From: Armatimonadota bacterium
GTDB taxonomy: Bacteria; Armatimonadota; Fimbriimonadia; Fimbriimonadales; GBS-DC
NCBI GenBank assembly: GCA_013359125.1
Contig: JABWCR010000006.1
Location: 12,643-76,642, forward strand
Direction of reading: 5' to 3'
DNA: 64,000 nucleotides
The notes below the pieces were generated by a model that made no database searches, was not told where the DNA came from, and saw only the letters and a program-made list of their open reading frames with translations. Of this stretch, positions 45,082 through 54,880 are shown piece after piece. Made by a program: the position numbers and the translations under genes. How positions within the stretch are numbered: position 1 is the first letter of the stretch; every line of letters begins with the position of its first letter.

Positions 45082-47130
45082 ATGGCCGCCAATAGCGAAC
45101 AAGCCCCACTGTCGTTCCCCGATGAGCCCGGCGAAGAGCAAGTTTACGAACTTTCGGTAGGCGAGAGCGTCGAACAGGCCTCTTCGGTCGTCGAGGGCGA
45201 ATACACTGCTGAACAACTGACCGTTCTCCAAGGGTTGGAGGCCGTTCGAGTGCGGCCCGCAATGTATATCGGCGACGTCTTTACCAAGGGTCTTCACCAT
45301 CTCTTTGTAGAGGTAACCGACAACGCGGTGGACGAGGCGATGGCCGGCCACTGCGACACGATCGACGTGGTCCTGCACGAGGACAATTCCCTCTCCGTTC
45401 AGGATAACGGTCGCGGCATTCCGGTCGAAATCCATCCCGACACTGGCCGCCCAGGCGTCGAAGTCGTGATGACGATGCTGCACGCTGGCGGCAAGTTCGG
45501 CAGCGGCGGCTATCGGTTTTCGGGCGGCTTGCACGGCGTCGGCGTTTCGGTGGTCAATGCCCTTTCGGAGTGGTTAGAGGTGGAGGTCGCGCGCGATGGA
45601 TGGCTCCATCATCAGCGGTTTGAGCGCGGCGTTCCGGTCAAGGATCTAGAGAAGGTCAAGAAGGTTAATTACCGGGGCACCAAGGTTCGCTGGCTGGCCG
45701 ATCATGAGATTTTTGGCGAGTTCAAGTATGAATATCACTTCTTCACGCAACGGCTGAGGGAGCTGGCTTACCTCAACCCTTCCACTCGGTTTCATTTTTC
45801 AAATGAAGTTACGGGCGAGACTTTCGAGTTCTTCTACAAGCGCGGCATCGCGGAGTTGGTCGAGTTCCTGAACGAGAGCAAGGACCCCATTCACAAGCCG
45901 ATCTACTTCCGAAACGCGAGAGAGGACACCGAGGTCGAAGTAGCTCTCCAATATCACGCCGGATACCAGGCTACGATCTTCACCTACGCGAACAACATTC
46001 ACACGCACGAAGGCGGCACTCACCTCTCAGGATTCAAGACGGCGATGACTCGCGTTATGAACCAGTATGCGCGCAAAGCGGGCTTGCTTAAGGAAAAGGA
46101 CGCGAACTTCACCGGCGACGACGTTTTGGAGGGATTGACCTCGGTTGTGGCGGTGAAACTGTTAAACCCGCAGTTTGAGGGGCAGACCAAGTCCAAGCTG
46201 GGCAACCTTGAGATGCAGGGTTTGGTGAACTCGATCGTAGGCGAGGGATTTACGCAGTTTTTGGAAGAGAATCCGTCGATCGCCCGCAAGATAATCGACA
46301 AGGCGGTAACCGCTCAACGAGTGCGAGAGGCCGCGCGCAAGCAGGCGGAGCTTGTGCGCCGTCAAAGCGCTCTGGAGGGCGGCTCCCTGCCCGGCAAGCT
46401 TTATGACTGCACAGAGCGCGACCCCAGCAAGAGCGAACTGTTTCTCGTCGAAGGCGAATCGGCAGGCGGTTCGGCCAAGGGCGGTCGAGATCGCCGGACG
46501 CAAGCCATCCTGACGCTTAAGGGCAAGGTGCTGAACGTCGAGAAGGCGCGGCTGGACAAAGCGCTGGAGAATGCGGAAATCCGCGCCTTGATCGCCTCTC
46601 TAGGCACTGGGATCGCGATGAACGGGCAAGCGGACAACAACGGCGGCGAGGCGGCCAGCAAGTTCGATTTGAGCAAGCTCCGTTATCACCGGATCATCCT
46701 GATGACCGATGCCGACGTGGACGGGCAGCACATTCGGACATTGTTGCTGACCCTTTTCTTTCGATATATGCGTCCGCTGATCGATGAGGGGCACATTTAC
46801 ATTGCCAAGCCGCCGCTCTTTCGCATTCGCGTGGGCAAGAACGAGCAGTTCTATGCTCAAGATGAAGAAGAGCGAGACCGCATTCTAAAGGACGTTAAGA
46901 CCAAGAACATCGCAGTAACGCGCTTTAAGGGCTTGGGCGAAATGGACGCCGACGACCTGGCCGAGACGACCATGGACCCAACGAAGCGGGCCATTGTAAA
47001 GGTTACGCTCGAAGACGGCATCGAGGCCGACCGACTCTTTAGCCTTTTGATGGGCGACAAGGTCGAACCGCGGAGAGCGTTTATAGAGAAGCACGCCACC
47101 GAAGTTACCGAAGTTGACTGGCATTATTAG
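45082..47130 (+). CDS. gyrB: DNA gyrase subunit B
   Basis: 682 aa. GLEAVRVRPAMYIGD, GHKL ATPase blocks, TOPRIM EGESAGGSAK, PLKGKVLNVEKA-like segment. Confidence 0.97.
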   Translation: MAANSEQAPLSFPDEPGEEQVYELSVGESVEQASSVVEGEYTAEQLTVLQGLEAVRVRPAMYIGDVFTKGLHHLFVEVTDNAVDEAMAGHCDTIDVVLHEDNSLSVQDNGRGIPVEIHPDTGRPGVEVVMTMLHAGGKFGSGGYRFSGGLHGVGVSVVNALSEWLEVEVARDGWLHHQRFERGVPVKDLEKVKKVNYRGTKVRWLADHEIFGEFKYEYHFFTQRLRELAYLNPSTRFHFSNEVTGETFEFFYKRGIAELVEFLNESKDPIHKPIYFRNAREDTEVEVALQYHAGYQATIFTYANNIHTHEGGTHLSGFKTAMTRVMNQYARKAGLLKEKDANFTGDDVLEGLTSVVAVKLLNPQFEGQTKSKLGNLEMQGLVNSIVGEGFTQFLEENPSIARKIIDKAVTAQRVREAARKQAELVRRQSALEGGSLPGKLYDCTERDPSKSELFLVEGESAGGSAKGGRDRRTQAILTLKGKVLNVEKARLDKALENAEIRALIASLGTGIAMNGQADNNGGEAASKFDLSKLRYHRIILMTDADVDGQHIRTLLLTLFFRYMRPLIDEGHIYIAKPPLFRIRVGKNEQFYAQDEEERDRILKDVKTKNIAVTRFKGLGEMDADDLAETTMDPTKRAIVKVTLEDGIEADRLFSLLMGDKVEPRRAFIEKHATEVTEVDWHY

Positions 47131-47208
47131 CGCCGCGATTGGCCTTTGCCGTGATATAATATCTTGGGCGGCGGTTTGCCGCCTGCAGACGAAGGAGGCT
47201 TGGCACCT

Positions 47209-48030
47209 ATGCACCGTTTATTGATGCTATTAGGCTTATCGGCGGCGTCCATTGCTATGGCTGTGGCGCAACCCTCTTACTCCAGCACGAAGGCTGGCAG
47301 TTTCTTGGATCGGATCGGTATCCAATCTCTGCTCTGGGACGATCCTTACGACGGATTCGATTACGACGTTGCCTCTCAGGTCTTCCCGGATTATCCACAG
47401 TTCTCGATTTTTCAGTTCGACGATTTCACCGTGGACGGTTGCGCATGGCGAATCAGAAAGATCACGGCTTATGGCAACGAACTTGGCAACGCGGCGAACA
47501 ATCAAGCCGTTCGCGTTCGCATTCAGGAACGCGCTGACTTTGAGAATCCGGGCACTATTTATTTGGATGCGGGCGGTATCGAAACGGGCGAGAATGTAGC
47601 GAGCCTGCTGGAGTTTAACAACCTAAGCCTTATTTTGCCTGCCGGTCAGTACTTCATGACGGTCTATGTGGTGCGCGACTACAACTCCGGCCTGCAGTGG
47701 TTCTGGTGGCGGAACACTCCCGTTCAGAAGTCTCAGCATGTGTTCCACAATCCTGGCAACGGATTCGGATTTGGATCAAGCCCGCAAGATGGCAGCCAGA
47801 TTTTTGGATGGGAGGCCGACATGTCCTTCACCATCGAGGGCGATCACGCTTTCATCATTGGCGACGTCACCGGGGACTGTTGCGTGGACGATGACGATCT
47901 CTCCTTAGTCTTGGAGAACTTCGGCTCCCAGTGCACCGATTGCCCTGCCGACATCAACGGCGACGGCGTTGTGGACGATACCGACCTTGCGCTGGTGCTG
48001 GAGCGGTTCGGCGACGGTTGCGACGACTAA
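47209..48030 (+). CDS. secreted protein with C-terminal dockerin-like module
   Basis: GGAGG before ATG 47209. Signal peptide MHRLLMLLGLSAASIAMAVAQ. Unknown ~190-aa domain followed by the dockerin-like tail. Confidence 0.55.
   Translation: MHRLLMLLGLSAASIAMAVAQPSYSSTKAGSFLDRIGIQSLLWDDPYDGFDYDVASQVFPDYPQFSIFQFDDFTVDGCAWRIRKITAYGNELGNAANNQAVRVRIQERADFENPGTIYLDAGGIETGENVASLLEFNNLSLILPAGQYFMTVYVVRDYNSGLQWFWWRNTPVQKSQHVFHNPGNGFGFGSSPQDGSQIFGWEADMSFTIEGDHAFIIGDVTGDCCVDDDDLSLVLENFGSQCTDCPADINGDGVVDDTDLALVLERFGDGCDD
47854..48027 (+). other. dockerin-like double Ca-binding module, copy 2
   Basis: IIGDVTGDCCVDDDDLSLVLENFGSQCTDCPADINGDGVVDDTDLALVLERFGDGCDD. Confidence 0.55.
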
Positions 48031-48095
48031 AACCACAGGAACGCAATCGCTCGTTGCTCGTAGTTACCTTCGGACGTTACATCCGGAGGTAACAG

Positions 48096-48617
48096 ATGAT
48101 CAAGAAGCTTACTTTGGCTATCGGCATTGCCGTCTTGTCGACTCTTGCTCTGACGACCGCTCAGAATCGCGGTCCGATCGCAGTCGGCACGGCAGCGCCT
48201 GAGTTCTCGCTGAAAGACCTGGAAGGAAAGGTCGTGTCGGACAAGCAGTTGGGCGGCAAGGTCGTCGTGCTCGACTTTTGGGCCACTTGGTGCGGGCCGT
48301 GCAAGCAGACCCTTCCTCATACGCAAGCTTTGTCCGTCTCCCCTGAGGCCAAGTCGGGCCAGTTGGCCGTCATTGCTGTGAATCTGAGGGAAGACCGTCA
48401 GAAGGTCGCCGGCTTTATGAAGCAAAACGGTTATTCGTTCCGAGTGGCGCTCGATGAGAAGGGCTCGGTCGGACAGGCTTACAACGTCAGCGGCATTCCC
48501 GCGTTCGTGGTCATTGATCGAAAGGGCAAAGTGGCCTTCTCGACTTCGGGGCTGGGCGAAGCCAAAAAGAAGGAGATGGACCAAGTCATCCGAACGTCGT
48601 TGGCGCAGCGCCGTTAG
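48096..48617 (+). CDS. TlpA/ResA-like periplasmic thiol:disulfide oxidoreductase
   Basis: Signal/anchor MIKKLTLAIGIAVLSTLAL. Thioredoxin-fold motif FWATWCGPCK. Confidence 0.85.
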   Translation: MIKKLTLAIGIAVLSTLALTTAQNRGPIAVGTAAPEFSLKDLEGKVVSDKQLGGKVVVLDFWATWCGPCKQTLPHTQALSVSPEAKSGQLAVIAVNLREDRQKVAGFMKQNGYSFRVALDEKGSVGQAYNVSGIPAFVVIDRKGKVAFSTSGLGEAKKKEMDQVIRTSLAQRR

Positions 48618-48982
48618 AGTTCGGGGAAAACCCTGCGCAGACCTTGTAAAACGCGATCGGGCTGGAACGGTTTGGCGATAAAGTCGGCCGCTCCCAGCCT
48701 GATGGCTTCCATCACAACTTCCTTGTTTCCCGATGCGGAGCAAACCAGGGTTTTGGCCATTGGATCGGCCTGCTTGATCCGTTCGAGCGCTTCCAGGCCG
48801 TTCATTTCGGGCATCGCGATGTCCATAAAGACCGCATCTGGGTGAAGCGTCTGGTAGAGCTCGACGCCGATCGCCCCGTTCTCGGCCTCCCCGACCACTT
48901 GAACTCCCAGTTCGGACAGGATCTCGCGAAGACGATCTCGCATGTACTTGACGTCATCGACTATTAGAACGCTTCGCGGCAT
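48614..48982 (-). CDS. single-domain CheY-like response regulator
   Basis: 122 aa. Acidic pocket DD (IVDD), phospho-acceptor Asp in FMDIAMP, conserved Lys in AKPF. No output domain. Confidence 0.85.
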   Translation of the reverse strand: MPRSVLIVDDVKYMRDRLREILSELGVQVVGEAENGAIGVELYQTLHPDAVFMDIAMPEMNGLEALERIKQADPMAKTLVCSASGNKEVVMEAIRLGAADFIAKPFQPDRVLQGLRRVFPEL

Positions 48983-49029
48983 GGTTCTATTATCGGAGCC
49001 ATGCCGCGAATGGCATTAGTGTCGGTCCC

Positions 49030-50724
49030 TTAGCACCCGGCTCCGAAGTTTGAGAGCACGATGGCCAAGTCGTCATCGTCTATCCTTCCGTCGGTGTTCA
49101 GATCGGCGGGATGCAACGGGCTGTTTAGGCCAAAAGCGGCCAGCACGGCCGCGAGGTCCGTGTCGTCCACGCAGCCGTTTAGGTCCACATCGCCTGGACG
49201 GACGGAATACCGCCACTCTTGAATCCAGGCCGACCAGTTTCCACCGGTCGCTCGCTGGCCAACGCCCCAGACGGTGCGCATGTCGGTGGGATCAAGCCCG
49301 ACGCCGAAGTAATCGCCCCAACGGTTGCCGCCGTACGCAGAGTTGCCCAGCGCGACTGGCGTAGCCGATTCTGGGTTTGGCTGGCCGTTGCGCCATGCCG
49401 AAACGGCGACCTCGGCAAATGTAGCCGGGCTGTCGGACGAACGCCCCATGATGAACAGGATGTCCTTGTCGCGATTGACCTGCATGGCTGGGAAGTAGTA
49501 GTCCATCCCTGGCGCGCCATAAGTTACGGTTGTAACGCTGGGCGTTTGACCCACGGCTACAGTCATTCTATAGATGCGGGCCGCGGCGCGACTGCCCAGA
49601 CCGTCTCCCCAATCTCGAGCAACGCTGTGGCCAGTCGTCATCACGCCGTGAGCATAGGTCGCATTGAGCAATCTGGAATCGATGTTGCTGATTCGGGTGG
49701 TCGTACCTGGCTGGCGGCCGCCTGGAGACGAAGCATAGTTCGGGATCGCTACGTTGTTGCTCTCGAATGTCGGCTCGGTTCCATTGGCCCAGAACTGCGA
49801 CGGGTTGATGATCTTGCGCACGCGCATCTGATTGCCGCCGCCGACCGCGCACAAGAAGAGCGCTTCTTGTCCGTCGGGCATGGTGAACATCTCGGCAGGG
49901 TGCAAGGTTCCAAGGCCCGAGTAGAACACGTCGTACCTTGTGCTGGCTTGACCGTTGTAGATCTGCGCTTTGTTCAGCAACGTTATCTGGGAGCCCAAGA
50001 ACCCACCGCCGAACTGGTACATATTGCCGTGCAGCGCGAGCACATCCTTGTTGAAGCCTAGTTTTTCATAATCCGGCCACTGGGCGATGTCTTGGCCAGC
50101 TCGCAACCTTGCATTGATCCGATAGACCCACCAGCCGTCCATCGGATTGCCCGTGCGCGAAACGGCCAGTTCCCAGGAACTCTGAGGACTTTGCTGACGG
50201 GCGAACAGAACCAAGAAGCGGTCCCACCATGGATCGTAAGCGCACCAGGAGTCGAAGATAAAGTCATTGCTGTTAAAGAGGGTGTTGGCATCCACCGAGG
50301 AGAGCTGTTGACCATTCTTCGTGTAGATGACGATGTCGTCGTTGTTCACGCCGATAACATGGTTGCGGCCAACCGCCATGTCGGGGTCGGGCGGCGTCCA
50401 TTCGTTGGGCGCCGGACCGGCAAAGCCTCGGCCCAGGGTATAGGCCTGGATCGTGCCGCCGAAAACGCTCTCATCGATGGCGTATGGCCCTTCGCTATCG
50501 GTACCGGGCGCGTCGTCCTTACCCTTTGGCTTGTGCACGTAGCGCTGTGCAAACTTGGGAAGTTCCAGCCGGTTATCGGCCAGGTGAGCCTGAGAAATGT
50601 TCTTCATTGAGCGGAAAACAGGGGTAACGATCTCGCTCGGGCCGTGTATGATCGTCTCGTCCTGAGCAAATACCATGGTCGATACGGCTAGCAACACGGC
50701 GCAACTCCATAATCGCTTCTGCAT
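49030..50724 (-). CDS. large secreted protein (beta-propeller-like) with C-terminal dockerin-like module
   Basis: AGGAGG before ATG 50724. Signal peptide MQKRLWSCAVLLAVSTMVFAQ. About 480-aa unassigned domain followed by the dockerin-like tail. Confidence 0.55.
   Translation of the reverse strand: MQKRLWSCAVLLAVSTMVFAQDETIIHGPSEIVTPVFRSMKNISQAHLADNRLELPKFAQRYVHKPKGKDDAPGTDSEGPYAIDESVFGGTIQAYTLGRGFAGPAPNEWTPPDPDMAVGRNHVIGVNNDDIVIYTKNGQQLSSVDANTLFNSNDFIFDSWCAYDPWWDRFLVLFARQQSPQSSWELAVSRTGNPMDGWWVYRINARLRAGQDIAQWPDYEKLGFNKDVLALHGNMYQFGGGFLGSQITLLNKAQIYNGQASTRYDVFYSGLGTLHPAEMFTMPDGQEALFLCAVGGGNQMRVRKIINPSQFWANGTEPTFESNNVAIPNYASSPGGRQPGTTTRISNIDSRLLNATYAHGVMTTGHSVARDWGDGLGSRAAARIYRMTVAVGQTPSVTTVTYGAPGMDYYFPAMQVNRDKDILFIMGRSSDSPATFAEVAVSAWRNGQPNPESATPVALGNSAYGGNRWGDYFGVGLDPTDMRTVWGVGQRATGGNWSAWIQEWRYSVRPGDVDLNGCVDDTDLAAVLAAFGLNSPLHPADLNTDGRIDDDDLAIVLSNFGAGC
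49033..49200 (-). other. dockerin-like double Ca-binding module, copy 3
   Basis: RPGDVDLNGCVDDTDLAAVLAAFGLNSPLHPADLNTDGRIDDDDLAIVLSNFGAGC. Confidence 0.55.
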
Positions 50725-50857
50725 TTGTCTCCTCCTAACTCTAACTGCCAATCCTGGGCGCGACCGGCTTGGGGCCAAGAACGCCTCGATTGTATTATAA
50801 CACGGATAGGGCGGCAGGAGACCCGACAAAGGGCATAGAATCAAGTCCCGTCCGCCT

Positions 50858-52393
50858 ATGCTCGCAATCGTCCAGTCCGCCGCGCTTCAAGGCATCGATG
50901 CCTATCTGGTTACCGTCGAGGTGGACATCCAGCCCGGCGCTCCACAGATCACCATCGTCGGCCTGCCGGACGCCGCGGTGCAAGAATCGCGCGAGCGAGT
51001 AAAGACCGCTATTCAAAACGTCGAACTTTCGTATCCTTGGAAGCGATTGACGATCAATCTCGCCCCTGCCGATGTGCGCAAAGAGGGCCCATCGTTCGAT
51101 CTTCCCATTGCGGTAGGACTCTTGGCGGCCTCTAGTCAAGCGCCTTTGGAATCTTTGGAGGGTTGTCTGTTCTCCGGCGAACTCTCCTTGGACGGCACGC
51201 TCCGACCGATCAACGGCGCTTTGTCAATGGCATTGATGGCGAAGGAGATGGGGTTTCGGCGCATGATCGTGCCTAAGGAGAATGCCGAGGAGGCGGCGGT
51301 CGTTCGAGAAGTGTCCGCTTACGGCGCGGGCGATTTGAGGGATGTTGTGCGAATTCTGCACGATTTCAGTTCCGAATCGCCCGCCTACGCCGACCTGGAT
51401 GCCATTTTATCGAAGCTCCCTGAATATCCGGTCGATTTTGACGAGTTGAAGGGCCAGCCGGAGGCCCGGCGAGCCGCCGAGATCGCGGCCGCGGGCGGGC
51501 ATAACATGCTGATGATCGGCCCTCCTGGGTCGGGCAAGACGATGATCGCCCGGCGGATGCCGACCATTTTGCCCAGCATGACGCTGGAAGAGGCCTTGGA
51601 GACCACTCGCATCTATAGCGCGGGAGGAGTCCTGAAGGCAAAGGGCGGTCTGATGACGGATCGACCGTTCCGGTCGCCGCATCACACGACTTCGTACGCT
51701 GCGGTGATCGGCGGCGGCGCCTCGCCAAGACCGGGCGAGGTGAGCCTGGCGCACAACGGCGCGCTCTTTCTGGACGAGTTGCCCGAGTTTAAGCGAGACG
51801 TGTTAGAGGCTTTGCGCCAACCGTTAGAAGACGGATTGGTCAGTATCGCTCGCGTACAGGCCAGCGCGACCTATCCGGCACGGTTTATGCTGTTGGCCGC
51901 CATGAACCCCTGTCCTTGCGGCTATTACGGGGATGCGCGCAAGGCCTGCTCCTGTTCGCCTTTTACTATACGGAAGTATCTTCAGCGCATTTCTGGGCCG
52001 TTGCTCGACCGTATCGACATTCATATCGAGGTTCCGCGCCTGAATGAGGACCATTTGTTGGGCCAGGCGACCGGAGAGGGCTCGGAGGCCATTCGCGATA
52101 GGGTCGAGAGGGCAAGAGCGCTGCAGTTGGAGCGGTTTAAGAACGAGAACGCATTCTGCAACGCTCAAATGAACGGTCGGATGTTGCGCGCCCATTGTCA
52201 ACTGGACGCGGAGTCGCGGGATCAGTTGAAGGATTTGACGCGGGCGATGGGCTTCTCGGCTCGCGCATTGGACAGGCTGTTGAAAGTCGCTCGCACCATT
52301 GCCGACTTATCAGGCGATCCGGGCATACGCATCGAGCACTTGATGGAATCGGCGCAGTATCGCACGCTCGATCGGAAGTACTTTTTGGAATAA
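50858..52393 (+). CDS. comM: Mg-chelatase-like AAA+ protein YifB/ComM
   Basis: 511 aa. Lon-protease-like N-domain, Walker A GPPGSGKTM, Cys cluster NPCPCGY...CSC. Confidence 0.9.
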   Translation: MLAIVQSAALQGIDAYLVTVEVDIQPGAPQITIVGLPDAAVQESRERVKTAIQNVELSYPWKRLTINLAPADVRKEGPSFDLPIAVGLLAASSQAPLESLEGCLFSGELSLDGTLRPINGALSMALMAKEMGFRRMIVPKENAEEAAVVREVSAYGAGDLRDVVRILHDFSSESPAYADLDAILSKLPEYPVDFDELKGQPEARRAAEIAAAGGHNMLMIGPPGSGKTMIARRMPTILPSMTLEEALETTRIYSAGGVLKAKGGLMTDRPFRSPHHTTSYAAVIGGGASPRPGEVSLAHNGALFLDELPEFKRDVLEALRQPLEDGLVSIARVQASATYPARFMLLAAMNPCPCGYYGDARKACSCSPFTIRKYLQRISGPLLDRIDIHIEVPRLNEDHLLGQATGEGSEAIRDRVERARALQLERFKNENAFCNAQMNGRMLRAHCQLDAESRDQLKDLTRAMGFSARALDRLLKVARTIADLSGDPGIRIEHLMESAQYRTLDRKYFLE

Positions 52394-52430
52394 GGGGCGC
52401 GATTCGTACCTAAAATTGTGCTACATTTTT

Positions 52431-52871
52431 TCAAAAGGCCGCTTTTTCGTCCGAGGGGTAGATGGTCCATACCGGGCAGGGCGCGCGCTGGAAGAGGTAG
52501 CGGATCGTCGAGCCGATGGGGCGTTCTAAGGGGCGGTGGCGGCGGCTGTCGGTTACAACCAAGAGGTCGGCGGCGATCTCTTCGGCCTCGCCCACGATCG
52601 CCATTCCGGCTTCGCGGGATTGGATCATGTCGGCGTGCAGGTCTATGCCCAGTTTGCGGGCGATTTTTTCGGCCTCTTCTAATCGCTGTTCGGCATCGTC
52701 CAGGCCGGGAATGTCTAACGCATCGACCTCGTAGGAGAGCGGCACCTCTAGGACGTGCACGAGCGTAATGCGGGCGCGGATGCTTTTGGCCAAACGGCAG
52801 ACGATCCGGAGAGCCGCTTGATCTGCCGCGCTGCCTTTGTAGGCCAGAAGTATGTGTCGTTCGCCTTCCAT
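52431..52871 (-). CDS. universal stress protein (UspA family)
   Basis: 146 aa. Typical Usp alpha/beta pattern ending GSTIRYLFQRAPCPVW. Confidence 0.8.
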   Translation of the reverse strand: MEGERHILLAYKGSAADQAALRIVCRLAKSIRARITLVHVLEVPLSYEVDALDIPGLDDAEQRLEEAEKIARKLGIDLHADMIQSREAGMAIVGEAEEIAADLLVVTDSRRHRPLERPIGSTIRYLFQRAPCPVWTIYPSDEKAAF

Positions 52872-52877
52872 TGTCGC

Positions 52878-54797
52878 CTATCTTGAAAGCCGGTATCGCA
52901 CGTTGGTGACCACCACGTTCGGTTTATTGAGCAAGGCCAGTTTGAGCATCAAACCTGACTGGTTGTGCAACAGATTATGCCATGTCTTAGCCGCATGGAA
53001 CTCGGGGATGACCACGATCGCCTTGTCGAGTTTCTCCTCCTCAATCAGTTTGTCGAGGTATTCGATGACGGGCGCGACGAGGGAGCGATATTCGGAGTCG
53101 ATGATAGTGAGCGGGATGTCTTTGATCTTGGTCGCCCATTCGTCCTGCAGGCGCTGCGCCGCCGGGTGCATAAACTGCAGTTTGGCCTCGAGATTCGGGC
53201 CGCGTTTGACCACGCGACGGTAGATGGAGGGCGCTTGGGGGTCTATGTTGACGTGGAGGGCGATGATATGCTCGGGTTCGGCAATGGTGCGGGCGAATTC
53301 GATGGCTTGGGCGACGCCTCTATCGAGTCTGGGCGCCAGGACGACCACTCGAACGTTCAACTTTTCTCGGACTTCGTAGTTTTCCACCGAGAGTTCTCGT
53401 CGAAATTGGTCGTAATGGCGTTTGATTTTGGTCAGGGCGAGCACCATGATCGATATGGCGATGGCGATGGCCCAAGAGCCGCTTTCGAAGTTGACCAGGA
53501 ACTGAACGACGCAGACGATCGCGGTGGTAATGGCGCCGAAGCCGTTGATCGCGGCGTAGAGCTTCCACCCTGGGCCCTTGATACGAAGCCAGCGGGCCAC
53601 CATGCCGGACTGGGAGAGGGTAAAGGAGAGAAAGACCCCCAGCGCATAGAGCGGGATCAGCGCATGGGTATCGCCTTTCACGATCCAAAGCGTCAAGCCG
53701 GCCAGGAGTCCAAGGACGAGAATGCCGTTGGTGAACACCAATCGGTCGCCAACGTTTGCCAGTTGCCTGGGCGCAAAACCGGCGCGCGCCAAGATGGAGG
53801 ACAGTCGCGGGAAATCGACATAGGCCGTGTTGGCGGCCAGGATCAGAATCAGGGCGGTCGCCCCTTGGACCACGTAATAGAACCCGTCGATTCCGCTCCC
53901 TCCAAAGACCAACCGAGCGATGCTGGAGACGAGCGTTTCGGCGCCTTCGCCGTGCGATCCGACGGGCGTAACGCCCAAGACGCGGGCCAGCCAGGAGATC
54001 CCGCCGAAGAGCAGCGTCAGCAAGATGCCCATATAGGCCAGCGTGGCGGCGGCGTTCTTGGCCTCGGGGGCTTTGAAGGCTTGCACTCCGTCGGAGATGG
54101 CCTCTGTGCCAGTCAGCGCCGCACAGCCGCGAGCGAAGGCGGTGAGAATCAAGAAGAAGCTTAAATCTCGAAGTTCTCCCGGAGGATCCTTCGGGGGCAG
54201 CGGCTCGACGGAGCCTGAAAAGTATCGATAAGCTCCAAACCCGACCATAAAGAGGATGACGGCCACAAACCCATAGGTGGGCGGGGCGAAGAGGGCGCCC
54301 GATTCCTTGGCTCCGCGCAGATTGGCTATCGTGATGAGCGCGATAAACATCAGGCACAGCAACGTTCGATGCTCCTGCAAGGCCGGGAATGCGGACGCGA
54401 CCGCCGCCGCGCCTGCGGCGATGCTGACGGCAACAGTCAGCAAGTACCCGATCAGAAGAGCCGCAGCGGCCGTCAAGCCGAAGCCGTCGCCCAAGTTCTC
54501 GCGCGAGACGGTGAACGCGCCGCCTCCCTCTGGGTAGGCGTGTACCGTTTGGCGATAGGAAAAGATGACGATGGCCAGTAGGGCGATGATACAACCAGTA
54601 ATGGGTAGGGTAAGGCTTAAGGCCGCGGCGCCGGCCATCCACAGGACCAAGAGCATCTCTTCGGTGGCGTAGGCCGAACTGGAGAGGGCGTCGGAGGCGA
54701 AAACGGGGAGCGCTAACATCTTAGGAAGCCGCTCGTGTCGAGCCCGTCTGGAGGCTAACGGCCGGCCAAACAAAATGCGGCGCAACAGGGGTAACAT
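52878..54797 (-). CDS. APC-superfamily permease with a C-terminal cytoplasmic domain
   Basis: 639 aa. About 12 TM. N-terminal LPVFASDALSSSAYATEE is typical of this APC subgroup. About 200-aa soluble tail. Confidence 0.8.
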   Translation of the reverse strand: MLPLLRRILFGRPLASRRARHERLPKMLALPVFASDALSSSAYATEEMLLVLWMAGAAALSLTLPITGCIIALLAIVIFSYRQTVHAYPEGGGAFTVSRENLGDGFGLTAAAALLIGYLLTVAVSIAAGAAAVASAFPALQEHRTLLCLMFIALITIANLRGAKESGALFAPPTYGFVAVILFMVGFGAYRYFSGSVEPLPPKDPPGELRDLSFFLILTAFARGCAALTGTEAISDGVQAFKAPEAKNAAATLAYMGILLTLLFGGISWLARVLGVTPVGSHGEGAETLVSSIARLVFGGSGIDGFYYVVQGATALILILAANTAYVDFPRLSSILARAGFAPRQLANVGDRLVFTNGILVLGLLAGLTLWIVKGDTHALIPLYALGVFLSFTLSQSGMVARWLRIKGPGWKLYAAINGFGAITTAIVCVVQFLVNFESGSWAIAIAISIMVLALTKIKRHYDQFRRELSVENYEVREKLNVRVVVLAPRLDRGVAQAIEFARTIAEPEHIIALHVNIDPQAPSIYRRVVKRGPNLEAKLQFMHPAAQRLQDEWATKIKDIPLTIIDSEYRSLVAPVIEYLDKLIEEEKLDKAIVVIPEFHAAKTWHNLLHNQSGLMLKLALLNKPNVVVTNVRYRLSR

Positions 54798-54880
54798 TAG
54801 CCCCGGCGCTCCATGCCTAAACGGCTCCCTGGACTTGATCCATAGACCGAAGGATAACTATACCCGCGCCTTTAGGAACG

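Noticed and set aside
44674-45534. 286-aa ORF antisense to the 5' end of gyrB
   Set aside because: It overlaps the unambiguous gyrB coding region on the opposite strand. It has no recognisable motifs and is a typical GC-rich shadow ORF.
52965-54642. Two long ORFs (399 aa plus strand, 440 aa minus strand alternate frame) inside the APC permease gene
   Set aside because: Both are Arg/Gly/Asp-rich low-complexity translations. The 639-aa minus-strand frame gives a coherent 12-TM transporter.
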